The position numbers were made by a program, and so were the translations under genes. From NCBI GenBank assembly GCA_964252035.1, contig OZ176203.1: a stretch of DNA of 64,000 bases; one strand, written 5' to 3'. Numbering within the stretch: position 1 is the first letter of the stretch; each line of letters begins with the position of its first letter. The notes beneath the pieces are model-generated. The model made no database searches. It worked only from the letters and a program-made list of their open reading frames with translations, and had not been told where the DNA came from. This document shows positions 25,541-38,390 of the stretch, piece by piece. This DNA comes from Podarcis erhardii (Eukaryota).

Positions 25541-25786
25541 TACCTCCGGAGGCATCCCTGATTCATGACGACATCAATGGAACTGCCGTTTGCAAGGCAG
25601 TTGCAGGGAAACCAGCTGCACAGATCTCATGGTCCCCAGGAGGAGAGTATAACACCAAGAGTGAAAATTTGCTTAATGGCACACAGACCGTCACCAGTGT
25701 ATACAAGGTCAACAACTCTGAGGGGAGCAAAGTAACTTGCTTTATCTCCCATCCTGCATGGAAGGAGTCCCACAGTATCTCATTAG
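25541..25786 (+). CDS. CD200R1: CD200 receptor exon 4, IgC2 domain
   Basis: ttccctccag| acceptor and |gtaac donor, 246 nt; VPPE...TAVCKAVAGKPAAQISW...NGT.TV.S....VTC.ISHP. Confidence 0.96.
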
Positions 25787-26139
25787 GTAACCTTAAGAAT
25801 CTTTTTCTCTGTGTGTTAATTTGTGGTTTCCACTCTCTGATACGTTTTCCTGAGACATCTCAGGATCACCCCCTTTTCACACATATTCTTTTGTCAACTA
25901 GGACTTCTCTTTTCTCCCACGTTTGCAACTTATATGAAATCTTGATGACTGGGTGGTTTGATGTTCTGCTGCATTTTCCAGGTTACATGTCCCATTTATG
26001 TGCCACTGATCTAGATTCAACTTGTAATTTACCCTGTTTTATTGTTTTTTCATACACACACACTCACACATTTTTAATTGAATATTTTTGCAATGGGAAC
26101 CAAAACGAAACACAGGACACAAACCAGTAGCAAATTACT

Positions 26140-26590
26140 AAACAAAGGTACAGGTAAGGTATGGGATACAAAGTACCTCCCCCACCTTCCTTTTTTCCTT
26201 TGTCTTTCTGTATTTTTATCAATTTTAATTTTTCACATCACACATAAGATAACATAACTCAATACATCAACCACTTTGATTAAAGCTATCAAATCAAATT
26301 CTTACATTTCACTCCCAAAAATCTTTCCACATATTAACATGAGATCTTGGGGGTTATAAACAAAATCTGCTTGACGCTTATAATCCCAAAATGGGTGTCA
26401 CACATTACAGAAGAGATGGAGGATGGAATTCCCTTTGGTTGCATGAATCTGACACATCAGCTTTTCAGCCAAGGAGTAAAGATACCACTTATGTAAGAAT
26501 TTCCAAGAAGATTCCCTTAATTGGGCCAAAAGAGTTTTTAAAGTTCCCCATTTTTCATTAGAGATTATTACTTGAAGGTCCATTTCCCAG
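26140..26590 (-). mobile_element. Degenerate L1 3' fragment
   Basis: LRESSWKFLHKWYL peptide resembles the L1 ORF2 C-terminal region. Confidence 0.55.
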
Positions 26591-28099
26591 GGAATTTTAA
26601 AAAAATATTTTTAATTTATTATTTTTCTTTATAACATTTTGAGTGCTTTTTTTTTTTTTTAGCTCAAAAGGCAATTCATAATGTTCCTTTTCAGTATTTT
26701 TATCAATGTTCTTACGATATACCACTCTGGATGCATTTGTGTCTAGAAAAGTGGGATAAAAATAAAATGAAATAAAATCAGTTTACTAATATCCACTATT
26801 ATCCTTCTTCTGGTGGTGTGTTCCAGGGATCTTGCGTTTGGGGCTCACATTTTGGCCTGTAATATTACTAAAAAGTAGGGGAAAAAATCCCCAAATGATT
26901 GTAGTTCCTTTTCTGTCTAAGGGCCAGGTCTGGTGTAATGTTTTCCTTCAGAGGCAGCCTTTTGGAATTATTCCCATGGAAAATTCTGCATGGAACAGTT
27001 TAGATCAGCAATGGAAATTTAATATTTTGTTGAGAGCTGCCTAGAGTGGCTGGGACAGCCTGGTCAGATGGGTGATGAATAATAACAATAACAATAATAA
27101 TAATGCTTATTTAATATGCTCCTGTTGGACTGTTGCCAAGTCCTATTGCTTGCAGAGATTTTCTAATGTTCTCCATATCCATTGGAAATCAATCCCAAAG
27201 CACTGCCATGAAGGTAAATATTCTGCTGGAAACTGATACTGCCTAAATGAAAAAGCTGCACGGTTCACAACAGTGGTGGGAAACTTAGGCCTTTCAAATG
27301 CTTGCCTGGAGCTGATGGGACTCAGAATTCAACATTATCTGTAGATGGCCAAAGATTCCACACTCCTGCAGCAGTATTCCAAAAACAGTATAATAATTCC
27401 GGGCAATTGTCCTTCATAAGCATCTATCCAAGAATGCTTTTCATAGGAATTCATAAGAAGAGGGTGGCTGACAGTCATGTTTCTTAACTTTAATGCATTC
27501 AGTTAATGGATGCCAAACTTTAGAAAAGTTGTCCTTCATTTTGAGATGGTGTAGGGTTCGGGTATATTTTGTTAAGTTTTTCCATTAAAGCAATGATCTG
27601 GAGGTACCAATGGTCTTGCAAGTCACCTTTGGCCACCATGAGCCAGGCTGCTGCAAACAGGAATCAAAGCAGCTCTTTGTAAAGAGCTTTTTTGGGCAAA
27701 GATGTTGAGCTTTTTTTTTTGCCCAAAGTTGTTGAGCTCCCCCCCCCCTCCAAGTTGTTGTCAAAATCTAGACTTCTGACACGGGGTGCCATGGATTCCA
27801 GCGATTTCTGCCCAAACACTGCTTCCAGAGGCCGAAACATTGTCTGGGAAATTCCGGACATATGGCAAGCTTAACTCAGACCATCACAAGGGTAGGTATC
27901 TCCTGTGGATATGCTTATATGCATTCTCCCAAATGTGCACTGATGGGGTTTGAAATGGGGGTTTGTTCCACAGGCTTGCCATGTTTCTAAATCAATTGTC
28001 TTGCCTAGGTCACTTTCCCATGGTTGTCTTAAGCTATCTGTGGAACCCAGTGAGGTTTCCAAAAGAATCCTATATATACTGGAGAGTAAGCCCTTATCA

Positions 28100-28367
28100 G
28101 GGGACGCAGGTGGCGCTGTGGGTTAAACCACAGAGCCTAGGACTTGCTAATCAGAAGGTCGGCGGTTCGAATCCCCATGACAGGGTGAGCTCCCATTCTT
28201 CAGTCCCAGCTGCTGCCAACCTAGCAGTTCGAAAGCACCTCAAAGTGCAAGTAGATAAATAGGTACTGCTGCGGCAGGAAGGTAAACGGCGTATCCATGC
28301 GCTGCTCTGGTTCGCCAGAAGCAGCTTAGTTATGCTGGCCACATAATGGTCAGAGGTCTTTTACCTT
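28100..28367 (+). mobile_element. Sauria SINE (internally deleted)
   Basis: gggacgcaggtggcgctgtgg head, acctt tail, 13-bp TSD taagcccttatca (28087-99, 28368-80). Confidence 0.9.
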
Positions 28368-28564
28368 TAAGCCCTTATCAAATACTGAGTTTTGCTTTAG
28401 CATAATTTCAAAACTAGTCAAATACCTTGTTGTTTGGGCCTGAGCTTCAGGGGGTACATACAAATTCTAATGTGCAACTATATCTTTTGTTGACTGATCT
28501 ATTAATTCTACCTATTACATCCATGTCTCCTAACTGGCATTTCTTGCACTTTGCATATTTTCAG

Positions 28565-28676
28565 GTGGACAAAGTAAAAAAAAGGAAGATGTAACAATCA
28601 CCATTCTATTTTCCAGCCTTGCTGGTGTCTTGGGAATTCTCCTGCTTTCAGTTTTCATCTACCTCCTCTATAGAAG
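28565..28676 (+). CDS. CD200R1: CD200 receptor exon 5, transmembrane (ITILFSSLAGVLGILLLSVFIYLLY-RR)
   Basis: tttcag| acceptor and |gtatgt donor, 112 nt; uncharged TM helix followed by basic stop-transfer residues. Confidence 0.92.
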
Positions 28677-29248
28677 GTATGTATGCCAAAGTCCTAACAG
28701 CCAGTTCTACAGCTCTGTACACAATGACCATAAATTCAACTTGCTACAGAAAAACAGCAAGGCATTATTTATACAGCTTTCTGCCTCTGGGACTAGAAGG
28801 TGGTTCATAGGATAGAATGTAGGAAGACCTTACAGAGACAAGAATACCAAGAAAAGTAGTTGTGACTAGGTTGGGGAGAAATCCATTTAGTTCTTTGAAT
28901 TTCAACATGAACCTACTTAATTTGCACTTCCCAAACCAATTTGTGAACCAAAATGCAGCCATGCTTAAAAATTCACACTTCTCTGATTTTTTCAATGTGT
29001 TCTCCAACCAAAACACGCATACAAAATTGCATATATTTGTGAAAATAATAAGGAAAATTCATTTGCCTGGGAGAAATTGTTTGCAAAATTACCTTAAAAA
29101 TGTGTGCAAATTCTCATGCAGACTGTTGTTTTTTTAAAAAAATTGCAAGCCGATGTGGAAAATGCTATAATGAACTGAAAATTGAAAAACATGGGAAACT
29201 GAGACAAATGATAATTGACAGATTAGTCAGTCCCTATTTCTAACAAGT

Positions 29249-29616
29249 GGGACGCGGGTGGCGCTGTGGGTAAAACCTCAGTGCCTAGGACTTGCCGATC
29301 ATATGGTCGGCGGTTCGAATCCCCGCGGCGGGGTGAGCTCCCGTTACTCGGTCCCTGCTCCTGCCAACCTAGCAGTTCGAAAGCACTCTTAAGTGCAAGT
29401 AGATAAATAGGTACTGCTGTATAGCGGGAAGGTAAACAGCGTTTCCGTGTGCTGCGCTGGTGCTGGCTCGCCAAAGCAGCTTCATCATGCTGGCCACGTG
29501 ACCCGGAAGTGTCTTCGGACAGCGCTGGCTCCCGGCCTCTTAATTGAGATGAGCACGCAACCCCAGAGTTGGTCACGACTGGCCTGTACGGGCAGGGGTA
29601 CTTTTACCATTACCTT
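29249..29616 (+). mobile_element. Sauria SINE, full length
   Basis: tRNA-like head with ggttcgaatcc, acc(a/t)tt tail, TSD tatttctaacaa. Confidence 0.92.
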
Positions 29617-29819
29617 TATTTCTAACAAAGTAGTGGTGATACTCTATATTGGCAGTGGAATGTGTATGTGTATTAGGATCAGTTGTAAGATATTTCAATG
29701 GGTACACTAGATCTGAAATTATCCTAGGGTCTTATAGATGACATGTTGATCCAAACCCATTTTGCATGGTATCTGGAAGAAGGAATCTGATTATACTCTC
29801 CCCTCCCTGCATATGCCAG

Positions 29820-29877
29820 AAAAAGAGAAGTTGCTGCAACCAAAAGTCCTGAAACAATGTCAAGACCAAGCATCCAG
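29820..29877 (+). CDS. CD200R1: CD200 receptor exon 6, cytoplasmic (R-KREVAATKSPETMSRPSIQ)
   Basis: gccag| acceptor after a pyrimidine tract and |gtaaga donor; 58 nt restores phase 2 to 0. Confidence 0.8.
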
Positions 29878-30388
29878 GTAAGACCAAGGAAATAATAAGA
29901 GATTTGCTCTGAAACCAATTTTTGGTGTTAAAAAGGGCACAATACTTTTACCATATGGTATAGACATATACAGGCTGCTAGCTGTGTTGCCAATCATGCT
30001 CAAAAGCCACCAGAAGTGCATAGTCATAGTACTCAGTACAAATTAAAACTTTCCTGGAAGCCACCTCACACTTGTTGTGGGCAGTCCTCACCGTGTGTCC
30101 ACTTATTCTGAGGATACATCAATCTATTTTCTGAAGACTTCTCTTCTGGGAGGGGAGATCCCATGTATCCCCCAGGTGTTGTTAGTACCACAGTATGGTC
30201 CCTATCAGAATTGCTCCCCATCCCCTCCCTGGCTGCTTGCAATGAGAGGAAAGCTTCCATTTGGTCAATAGATTATATACCCTGGGCAGTTTAAGATTTT
30301 TTTTTTTTTTACAAAATTACATTTTGTTTTCTTAATGGTAAATTTTTTTTGGATGACTTTTCTATAACTCTTGAAAATCATGTGGCAT

Positions 30389-30447
<59 letters not shown>
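30389..30447. repeat. (AAGA)n microsatellite
   Basis: Uninterrupted tetranucleotide run in CD200R intron 6. Confidence 0.95.
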
Positions 30448-30448
<1 letters not shown>

Positions 30449-30837
30449 ATAATACTCTGACCATCTGACTGGATTGCCCCAGAAACACAAGCATGGATTT
30501 ATTACTAGCAGTCAAGAACTTTTCAGTGCAGAAAATATCCAAACAACTGAGTCTACTGCTAATCATAATTCCATACTTTATTAACTTTAATATTGCCACC
30601 CACAGTGTATTTCACAAAATAAAAACTCTGCAGTATAAGGGGAATCTTTTCTCATTATTTCTATTGAGGTGGTGCAAGTGGGGGAGGGGGGTAAGTCAGA
30701 ACATTTTTCTGCATATCATGAGATGAAAGAAACAAATGGGGTTGTGGCAGCTTCCTTCATGTTTTAAAATGCTTCAGAGTTTTACTTAGGTGACAAGCCA
30801 TGTTTTCTTCTCAAAGGGATGCACTTCTGTTTTGCAG

Positions 30838-30924
30838 GAGAGTGAGTTGGAGCCATATGCAATCTTCGTGCAAGTGGAAAATGTGATCTATGAGAAAGCA
30901 GGTGACTTCCCACAAAGTGAATGA
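30838..30924 (+). CDS. CD200R1: CD200 receptor exon 7, signalling tail (ESELEPYAIFVQVENVIYEKAGDFPQSE*); total CDS 1008 nt, 335 aa
   Basis: ttttgcag| acceptor; E.E..PY...ENxxY pattern of CD200R1 tails; TGA at 30922-24. Confidence 0.92.
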   Translation, partial: ESELEPYAIFVQVENVIYEKAGDFPQSE

Positions 30925-31407
30925 CACTTCCCACCAGAGCTCTTTTCTTCAACATGAAACGGTGTCTGACTTGAACTGTGTAAGAGAAAAATACATGGGC
31001 AGGGGGGGGGTCATTAACACCTTACAGTGACCCTCCCATGGACATGGGTATATTTTGGCTTTCTGTATCCTTCCCACAAACCCAACGGCTTGTTGTCTCT
31101 CTCTGCCAATGCCCCATACTTGTCAAAAAACCCAGAGTCAATTATCTGTATGTAAAAGAAGCTGAGCAATTTTGCACCTTTTCTCCAGGCTCTGTGGAAT
31201 TCTTCCAAGAACGCTGCTGGCCTTAAATATTCTGCTCTGCATCATAACGAATCTTCTTTTTCTCAGATTGACTGCATTTTTCCAGCCTAAGCATTCAGAA
31301 AGATGTTTCAAAAACTATGACAAGAGGTGATTCTAATTAATTGTCACCATCTTTCTGCCTAATCCAAGCAGACCATTCACTTTAATATGGGGCATTAAGT
31401 ACAGGTT

Positions 31408-31731
31408 AAGAAGATCAAACGTATCCATTCTTAAGGAAATCAGACCTAAGTGCTCACTCGAAGGACAGATCCTGAAGCTGAGACTCCAATACTTTGGCCA
31501 CCTCATGAGAAGAGAAGACTCCATGGAAAAGACCCTGATGTTGGGAAAGATGGAGGGCACAAGAAGAAGGGGACAACAGAGGACGAGATGGTTGGACAGT
31601 GTTCTCGAAGCTACAAACATGAGTCTGACCAAACTGCGGGAAGCAGTGGAAGACAGGAGTGCCTGGCGTGCTCTGGTCCATGGGGTCACGAAGAGTCAGA
31701 CACAAATAAACGACTAAACAACAACAACAAC
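31408..31731 (+). mobile_element. BovB LINE 3' fragment
   Basis: Same peptide, (CAA)n tail, 8-bp TSD tacaggtt. Confidence 0.93.
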
Positions 31732-32181
31732 TACAGGTTGAACTGGGAAGGGCTCTCAGGGCCAAATCACTCTTTAAGAGCACTGTTCTAAAAAGGGGAC
31801 CATGTGTTGAGATTCCTGCAATGCAGGGGGTTGCACTAGATGACTACAATTTTATGGTTCTAAGGACCATATAACCAGCATTCCATGGAATTGTGCCACG
31901 GAAGAAAATAACTGATCTTTCTCTGACTGACAGACCTGGAAGTAAGACATGCTCCTGGAAGACCGCATCCTGCAGAAGGACAGCTTCTTCCTAAAGTTCT
32001 CTGGATTATGTTCTACATGTCATTGAGGTTAATAGGGAGAGAGCAGGTATGGTGTTGTCAACTGAGTCAGACTTCGAGAGCGAGCTAACCTACCAAATAG
32101 AATTGTTGTGAATGGGCATGTTGCCCCATACTCCTTGGAAGAGTGGAATTAAAATATAATAACTAATAGTAATAGAACTAG

Positions 32182-32303
32182 TGATAGCTCAGACTCTTAA
32201 TCTCAGGGATTTGGGTTCGAGCCTCCCAGTGGGGAAAAGATTCCTGCAATGCAGGGGTTGGGTGACCATTGTGGTCCCTTCTAACTCTACAATTCTCTGA
32301 TTC
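32182..32303 (+). mobile_element. tRNA-Lys-like SINE fragment with CR1-type 3' tail
   Basis: cagactcttaatctcaggg...gggttcgagcc head joined to ggtcccttctaactctacaattctctgattct. Confidence 0.6.
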
Positions 32304-33711
32304 TGTGAGAGAAAAGTGCCTGTAGACCTCTGTGACAAAGTGCCTTATGAAACTTCTCAAAAGTTAATGGCTGTATGTTGTCTATACTTTGCCATTAGCG
32401 AAGAAATAGCTCTTCACAGATCAAGAGCATAGGTTATGCATAGGAACCGAAGAAGAGCCCTGTGCAAAAGCCTATCTATATGGCATCCTGTTTCTCACAG
32501 TAGCCAAAAAGATTTCTATAGGAAGCCTATAAGGAGGACACAAGTGCAATAGTGCTTTCCCTTCAGCAACTGGTATTGAAAAAAATGTCCCCTTCAACAC
32601 AGGAGATAATACACAGCCAACATGACTAGCAGGCATTGATAACCTACTATCAATTGAATGGATCAGCTTTCTGCTGTTTAGACTCATCAGCTGAGCATGC
32701 AACAATGTTCCTTGATTCTCTGAGAGCTCTAAAGTAAGAACTGGATCCAAATGTAATCAAAAGAAGGAAAAGGAACCCAATTGAATTAGAGCAATAAGGA
32801 TGTGAATCAGGACTGGGTTCAGGCTTGAGGGGGTCCTCTGATGAACCCCCTCCTCTGTCAGTGGGCCTTAGGAGGCTTATCCAGCTGTGGTAGCAGGTCT
32901 AAGTTGCACTGGGACACTGTGTCTAGCCACCCAGAGCAACACTAGGCTTGGGGGAATTATAGGAAATTTAAAGGATAACTAGATAGAGCCTCCAGCACAG
33001 AGGCCCAGGGCAGACATTAGGAGTGAGCCTTGGTTGCTGCCCAAGGATGCTATGTATCTTGGTCCTGATATGACTGTAGCTTTAACAGCAGCAGCAACAA
33101 AAAGGTAATCCATAATGACCTTATATTACCTTGTCAAGAGTCACTAGGTAGCATTTCAACCTCATGGTCAGTCATGTTGTGGGAGAAAAACATTGTTGTG
33201 CACATGGCAACAGGGGTCTCTGTTCATACTTTGGGTATGCTTTCCTTGGAATAAAGGTAGCCAGAGACTTGTGATGTCTTTGTGATTTTCACAGACAACA
33301 AAACAGGCCACTGGGTGTTCCCAGCTCCACCTGTGAGAAGGGAATGGCTGTTCTTCTCTCAAATTAACTCCCAGCTTTGGGATGTGGGGAGGCTCAGCCC
33401 TGATTTCCAATGGCTTTCCTTCCATAACCACCCATCTATTGACAGACATCTCCTTAACAAACCATGGTCATTTACTGCTCTGCCAGGGCCATCAGGGTAA
33501 CCTGCACCAATCCTGATTGTTCCATTAGCGCTCTTCTGACCAAATCTCAGCATTAGAACCTAAAATCGCAGGGCTGTTCAGATGGCATCTAGACTAGCCC
33601 CTGCCCCAAAATGGACAATGTTCCTTAGGCCTCTTCCACTTGCTTTCCCTTAACAGGTCTGGAAACTTTTTTATATAATTCTCAAGGAACCGAACCTTCA
33701 TTGATAAGCCA

Positions 33712-34092
33712 ATGTGGTGTAGTGGTTAGGGTGTTGGGTTAGGACCTGGGAAGCCAGAGTTCAAATCCCCACACTGCCATGAAGTTCACTGGGTGACCTT
33801 GGCTAGACACATCGAAGAAGCAATTCAGTTCAACACGTTGTAAACTTCATACAGGGAAATCCTGCTGGCAAAAGACGGGACTCCACAGTGCCATCTGGTT
33901 TCACAGTGTTATAATGCATATAAAGCGCTTTGTTGTAGCATTCATATCATATAAAGCTTGTGCCAGTCACAGCCTAACTTACCTCGCAAGGTTGTTGTGG
34001 GGATTAATTGAGGAGGGGGAAACCATGCATGCCACCTTGAGCTCTTTGGAGAAAAAAAGGGATATGTAAATGCAACTAATAATAATAATAAT
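33712..34092 (+). mobile_element. Older CORE-type SINE with an internal insertion
   Basis: tggtgtagtggttag A box, gttcaaatcc B box, gggtgaccttgg CORE, (AAT)n tail. Confidence 0.6.
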
Positions 34093-35201
34093 AATATTGA
34101 TCCCATCCATTTTACTGAATGTGTGCAATCTAATTTGATATTTCTGCAACTGTAAATTTAGAACAAATAAAAAATATACATGAATTTTTTCCTGAGGCCT
34201 AGGCCACCATTGCCTCCTGTTGGACCATATATACCCCAGTGAAGTGTGATCGCAGTGGAGCCGTGAAACAAAGTCTGTTTTTTTTGCATATTAGGGGAAA
34301 TGAAGTAGAGAAATGCTGAGTGGTTTTCCTAAAGTCACACAGGATGTCTGTGGCAGAGACAAGACCCATGGGTGCAGACCTGTGAGGAGAACTTGAGAAG
34401 ATGTCAGCTCTAGCGTCCTTGTCTGTTTGTTCCATCTAATAGCCAACCAGCAGAGCAATGAAATGGGGCCACCTCCAGACAATGTGAGGGTTTCTGTACG
34501 CTCATGGGATTCCCCAGATATGCAGGGAAATATTACTTAGTTAAAAAGAAATGGAGACAAAATCCCCTTCTGTGGATGCATAAAGTCCTTCCATAGGAAC
34601 AAAACATTCAGAACAGCAAAGGGTGCGTAATCACACACAAGGCTGTGTGTACACACACACACAGAGCATTTTATTCTAGAATCAATGGAGTCAGAATACT
34701 TGTTATTTCTATGTAGTCCACGCACCATCTACACCCACTGCATATTTCTGTTGCCCCTGAAAAGCACATTCTGAAAATAAAAGTTCATTGCAGGTTAATT
34801 CAACAGTCTGATGCTTTGAAAACAGATGTAGGTGGTGCCAGCAATGGAAGGTGAATCCACACCTGACCAATGATGTTGTGGGTGAGCATACACCAAGGTG
34901 GCAAATGCTACTTCAACAGCACATTTCAAAAGATGCCTGCATCCAGCACTGAAGGCTTACAATAATGCAGCGTATGCACTTCCTAAGCCACCACAAATTT
35001 ACCACAGACCAAACTTTCATAATACCTCACATCGCCTCATACACTATACTTTCCCAAGGAGTCAGTTCATACATGTATCTGAGAGTCATCAAGTACTGAG
35101 TAAGCAAGCAAATGTGAAAATGTATTTATTCAAAAGATTTTAGATATAAAGATTCAAAAGATTTTAGATATAAAGATTTTATTCAAAAGATTTTAGATAT
35201 A

Positions 35202-35367
35202 CAGTGGTACCTCAGGTTAAGAACTTAATTCATTCCCGAGGTCTGTTCTTAACCTGAAACTGTTCTTAACCTGAAGCACCACTTTAGCGAATGGGGCCTC
35301 CTCCTGCCGCCGGAGCACGATTTCTGTTCTCATCCTGAAGCACAGTTCTTAACCTGAGGTACCACTG
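35202..35367. mobile_element. Tigger/mariner-type MITE, internally deleted
   Basis: cagtggtacc/ggtaccactg TIR, TA flanks. Confidence 0.88.
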
Positions 35368-36097
35368 TATAAGCCGCACTTTTACGTTTCACGGTCGGAA
35401 TTTGGGGGGAAAGTGCGCCTTATTTTCGGGCCTATATGGTACATGTAAGTTTATACATAAGAACAAAAAGAACATAAGAAAAGCCTGGTTAAAATGTATG
35501 TGTGAAGTAGCCCTAAAACAAGTCGTCTGGCTTTCCCCACATTGCAAAAATGTGCATCTGTGGCCTCCCCCCACCCACTTCGTATTCATAAGGATCAGAT
35601 TGGTTTGCCTGATGGCAGTTTTAGCAAAGGCCAAACCAGTTCCTACGCAGTCCTCTTAACAAAAACAGCACCGAAAAATAATACTCTGCAGACCTCAGAG
35701 GATGTGCTTTTTTGAATAAATTGAATTTACAGCAATATGAGAATTCCAGATTCCTGCCTCACGTTTATATGGTGGTGTGCTTCATTCTGGAGGATCCCTC
35801 CTGTTGCTCTGGAATTGCTGCATGACTTCATTCCCCACTGAAAAGCAGCCCTCTTTGCGGCTGAACACAGCCGTTGTTTAAATCGGTAAGCAACTCAAGT
35901 ATTTCAGGGCAGGAAATGAAGAGCGATTATTTCAGAGTGGAGTAACAGGAGGGAATTTAGGTGGGCGAATGCCCTGCCTGCGTTTGGTCTGTGAACTACA
36001 TGTTACATCCTCAGAAAGAAGGATAGAGAGTTTTCAGTGGACCAAAGGAATTACAGTTGTCTTTTCCCTGAGAGCTGCCATTTTGCATGGCTAGACC

Positions 36098-36264
36098 CAG
36101 TGGCGTAGCGTGGGTTGTCAGCACCCAGGGCAAGGCAAGTAATTTGCGTCCCCTAACCCGTGGATTTTAGAAGGGGCAGAGAGCTGCGAGTGTGAGCGCC
36201 CCTCCCCCCTAGATGTTGCGCCCGGTGCGGCCGGCCCCCCCTGCACCCCCACGCTACGCCACTG
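36098..36264. mobile_element. Young hAT MITE (CAGTGGCGTAGC family), copy 1
   Basis: Perfect 17-bp TIR cagtggcgtagcgtggg; 8-bp TSD gctagacc. Confidence 0.95.
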
Positions 36265-38124
36265 GCTAGACCAACGCCACAGTACTCAGCTGACTCAGAG
36301 GGGAGGCAACACATGGGGCTGTTAAATGTGTTGTTTATAATTTTATAGGTTTTATTTTAAGGACTCCCACCCAAGGGTTGATTTGGCACGTCAGGAACTG
36401 CAAGGATAAAATCAGGCATCACCTGAGAGAAGGATAGGAGGTCACCCCCATTCTGCTTTTCAGCTGTCTCACTCATTCCATTAAGGTTGCAAACATCAGG
36501 TCACCTAGAGTCTCTCATGCACTTGCTTCGTAATTGTTAGCAGTCTGTATTTGCTGTTTTCTGGCAAAGGATGAAATGAAATGACCACAAGAACAGTGAA
36601 TGTTTCATTGACTCCAGGGTCCTCCTCAGCCCTGCTACAAATTTCCATCCCAAACACGCTAATTTAAACTAAGCTGCAAGAAGACTGAAATCATAGCAAG
36701 TTTGTTGTCCAAATCCTTCTGCAGGACAATAGACTGGATTTAGTACCTTTAAAAGTGTTTGCAGGTGGCTGGCGCACACAGATTTTTCCCCTGAGGTTAT
36801 TTGTCCTGTGGTGGTTTTTTGGTTTTTATAACATGAAAGCAAAGGATTGTAGTTCTGGAGAAATAAGGTTATCCGAGGTAAACCATCTACTTTCATCAGT
36901 CAGTGCTGGTGGTGCAAGGACTGGTAATAAAACAAGAGACTCTTCATGTGTTCTGGCTCATCTGTTCGTATTCATGTGTCTGGCCGTTTTGCAGAAGCTG
37001 GGATTGACCTCTGGAATGGGAAACGTCCTAGGTATTTGACAGAATTGCTCCTTGATGCAATCATGATGAGAGAGCTTCCTCTAGTTCACTTTGAAAGAAT
37101 TTGGTTTTTTTTAACTTTCTCAAATAACTTTTGAAAAAAGATAAATGCAAGTTTGTGATCCCCCTCCCCCCAAAAAATGGAATTAAAGAGGGAAAAGTTT
37201 ACAAACATTACCTTCGGTTTAAGGGCAAACTAATTTAGAGTTTCAGAGGCATTGCTACAAATAATGAGACAGGCTGAAAAACAATTTATAGGCATCTCTT
37301 ATCAGCCACCTGTGTCCTTACCTTATCCATGCCTTACACAGTTCAGTTGTCTAAAATGTTTGTCTTACATTGCTCAAACACAATTCTAAACTGGCTACAC
37401 CTCAGTTACATGAATTTTGCAAGGCATATGAGGAAAGCATTTGCTGAACTATGGACAAGAACATATTGTTCTACCATCAGCAGCTTATAAACACAACTGC
37501 TTCTTCTTAGGAAATATCCTGAAAGTGAGATCAGCATTGATCCATTTATTGTACCTTCTCCTGGGGCCTGTTTTGTGATATTAGAAAAATAAATCACTGT
37601 TAAATAAGTTCATGTCTCAACTTACAACAGGCCAGTTATTTTCCTCCCTCCTTGGGGACTTTCCCCACCTTCCCATCATTATTTGTGAATGAATAAGCCT
37701 TAGTTATACTGAAATAGAGTAATTTGTTTTAATAGTGTCTGAGCACACACTGAGGTAATATGCGTCTGATGCCTAATCGCATTTCTCAGGAAAGGAATTT
37801 GCAGTTTCAGAAGAAGGTTTATTTATCTTTAAAGGGCCATTTCAGTCAGAAATGAGCCAGGACGAACGGCATTGTGAAATTCCATGCTTATTTGGTGTTA
37901 TTGCGGGGAGGAGGGGGAAGTTTGCTCTATTTACTTAAAAGACCATTGGTGGTGATTCTGGCAGGCAGTTCTGAAAACATTACAGGGGCTAGCAGTAGCA
38001 AAAGAAGCTGCAGAAGCTGTGTTTGAAGCGAGGTGGGATGGAGTGGGATCTCATTCCACTTATTTTCAGGCGAACTTAAAGCCACTTTTTAGCAGACACA
38101 ATTGAGTCTTGCCTAACATGAAAG

Positions 38125-38390
38125 CAGTGGCGGATGTACCCTCTCCGGCACCCGGGGGAGGATGACGTCCGTACGGACTGCACGTGTGCAACATCTTGTA
38201 CGGAGTGCACATGCGTGGCAGCTAGTACAGTCACCCGTATGGACATCGCGCGAGAGTGGCAACCCGTATGGATGTCGTGCGACTCGGCCGCTCTACAGCT
38301 GGGGGGAGGCAGGGGCCATCTTGTCAACCCCTCCCAGAGTGGCACCTGGGTCAACCCGCCCCCGCCACCCCCCCACTTCATATGCCCCTG
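38125..38390. mobile_element. hAT MITE (cagtggcggatgt...acttcatatgcccctg)
   Basis: 8-bp TSD catgaaag (38117-24, 38391-98), imperfect TIR, CpG-rich interior. Confidence 0.85.

Noticed and set aside
32827-32852. Hairpin enclosing ctgatga (hammerhead core or box C)
   Set aside because: No stem II-GAAA or box D partner in a suitable position; too short
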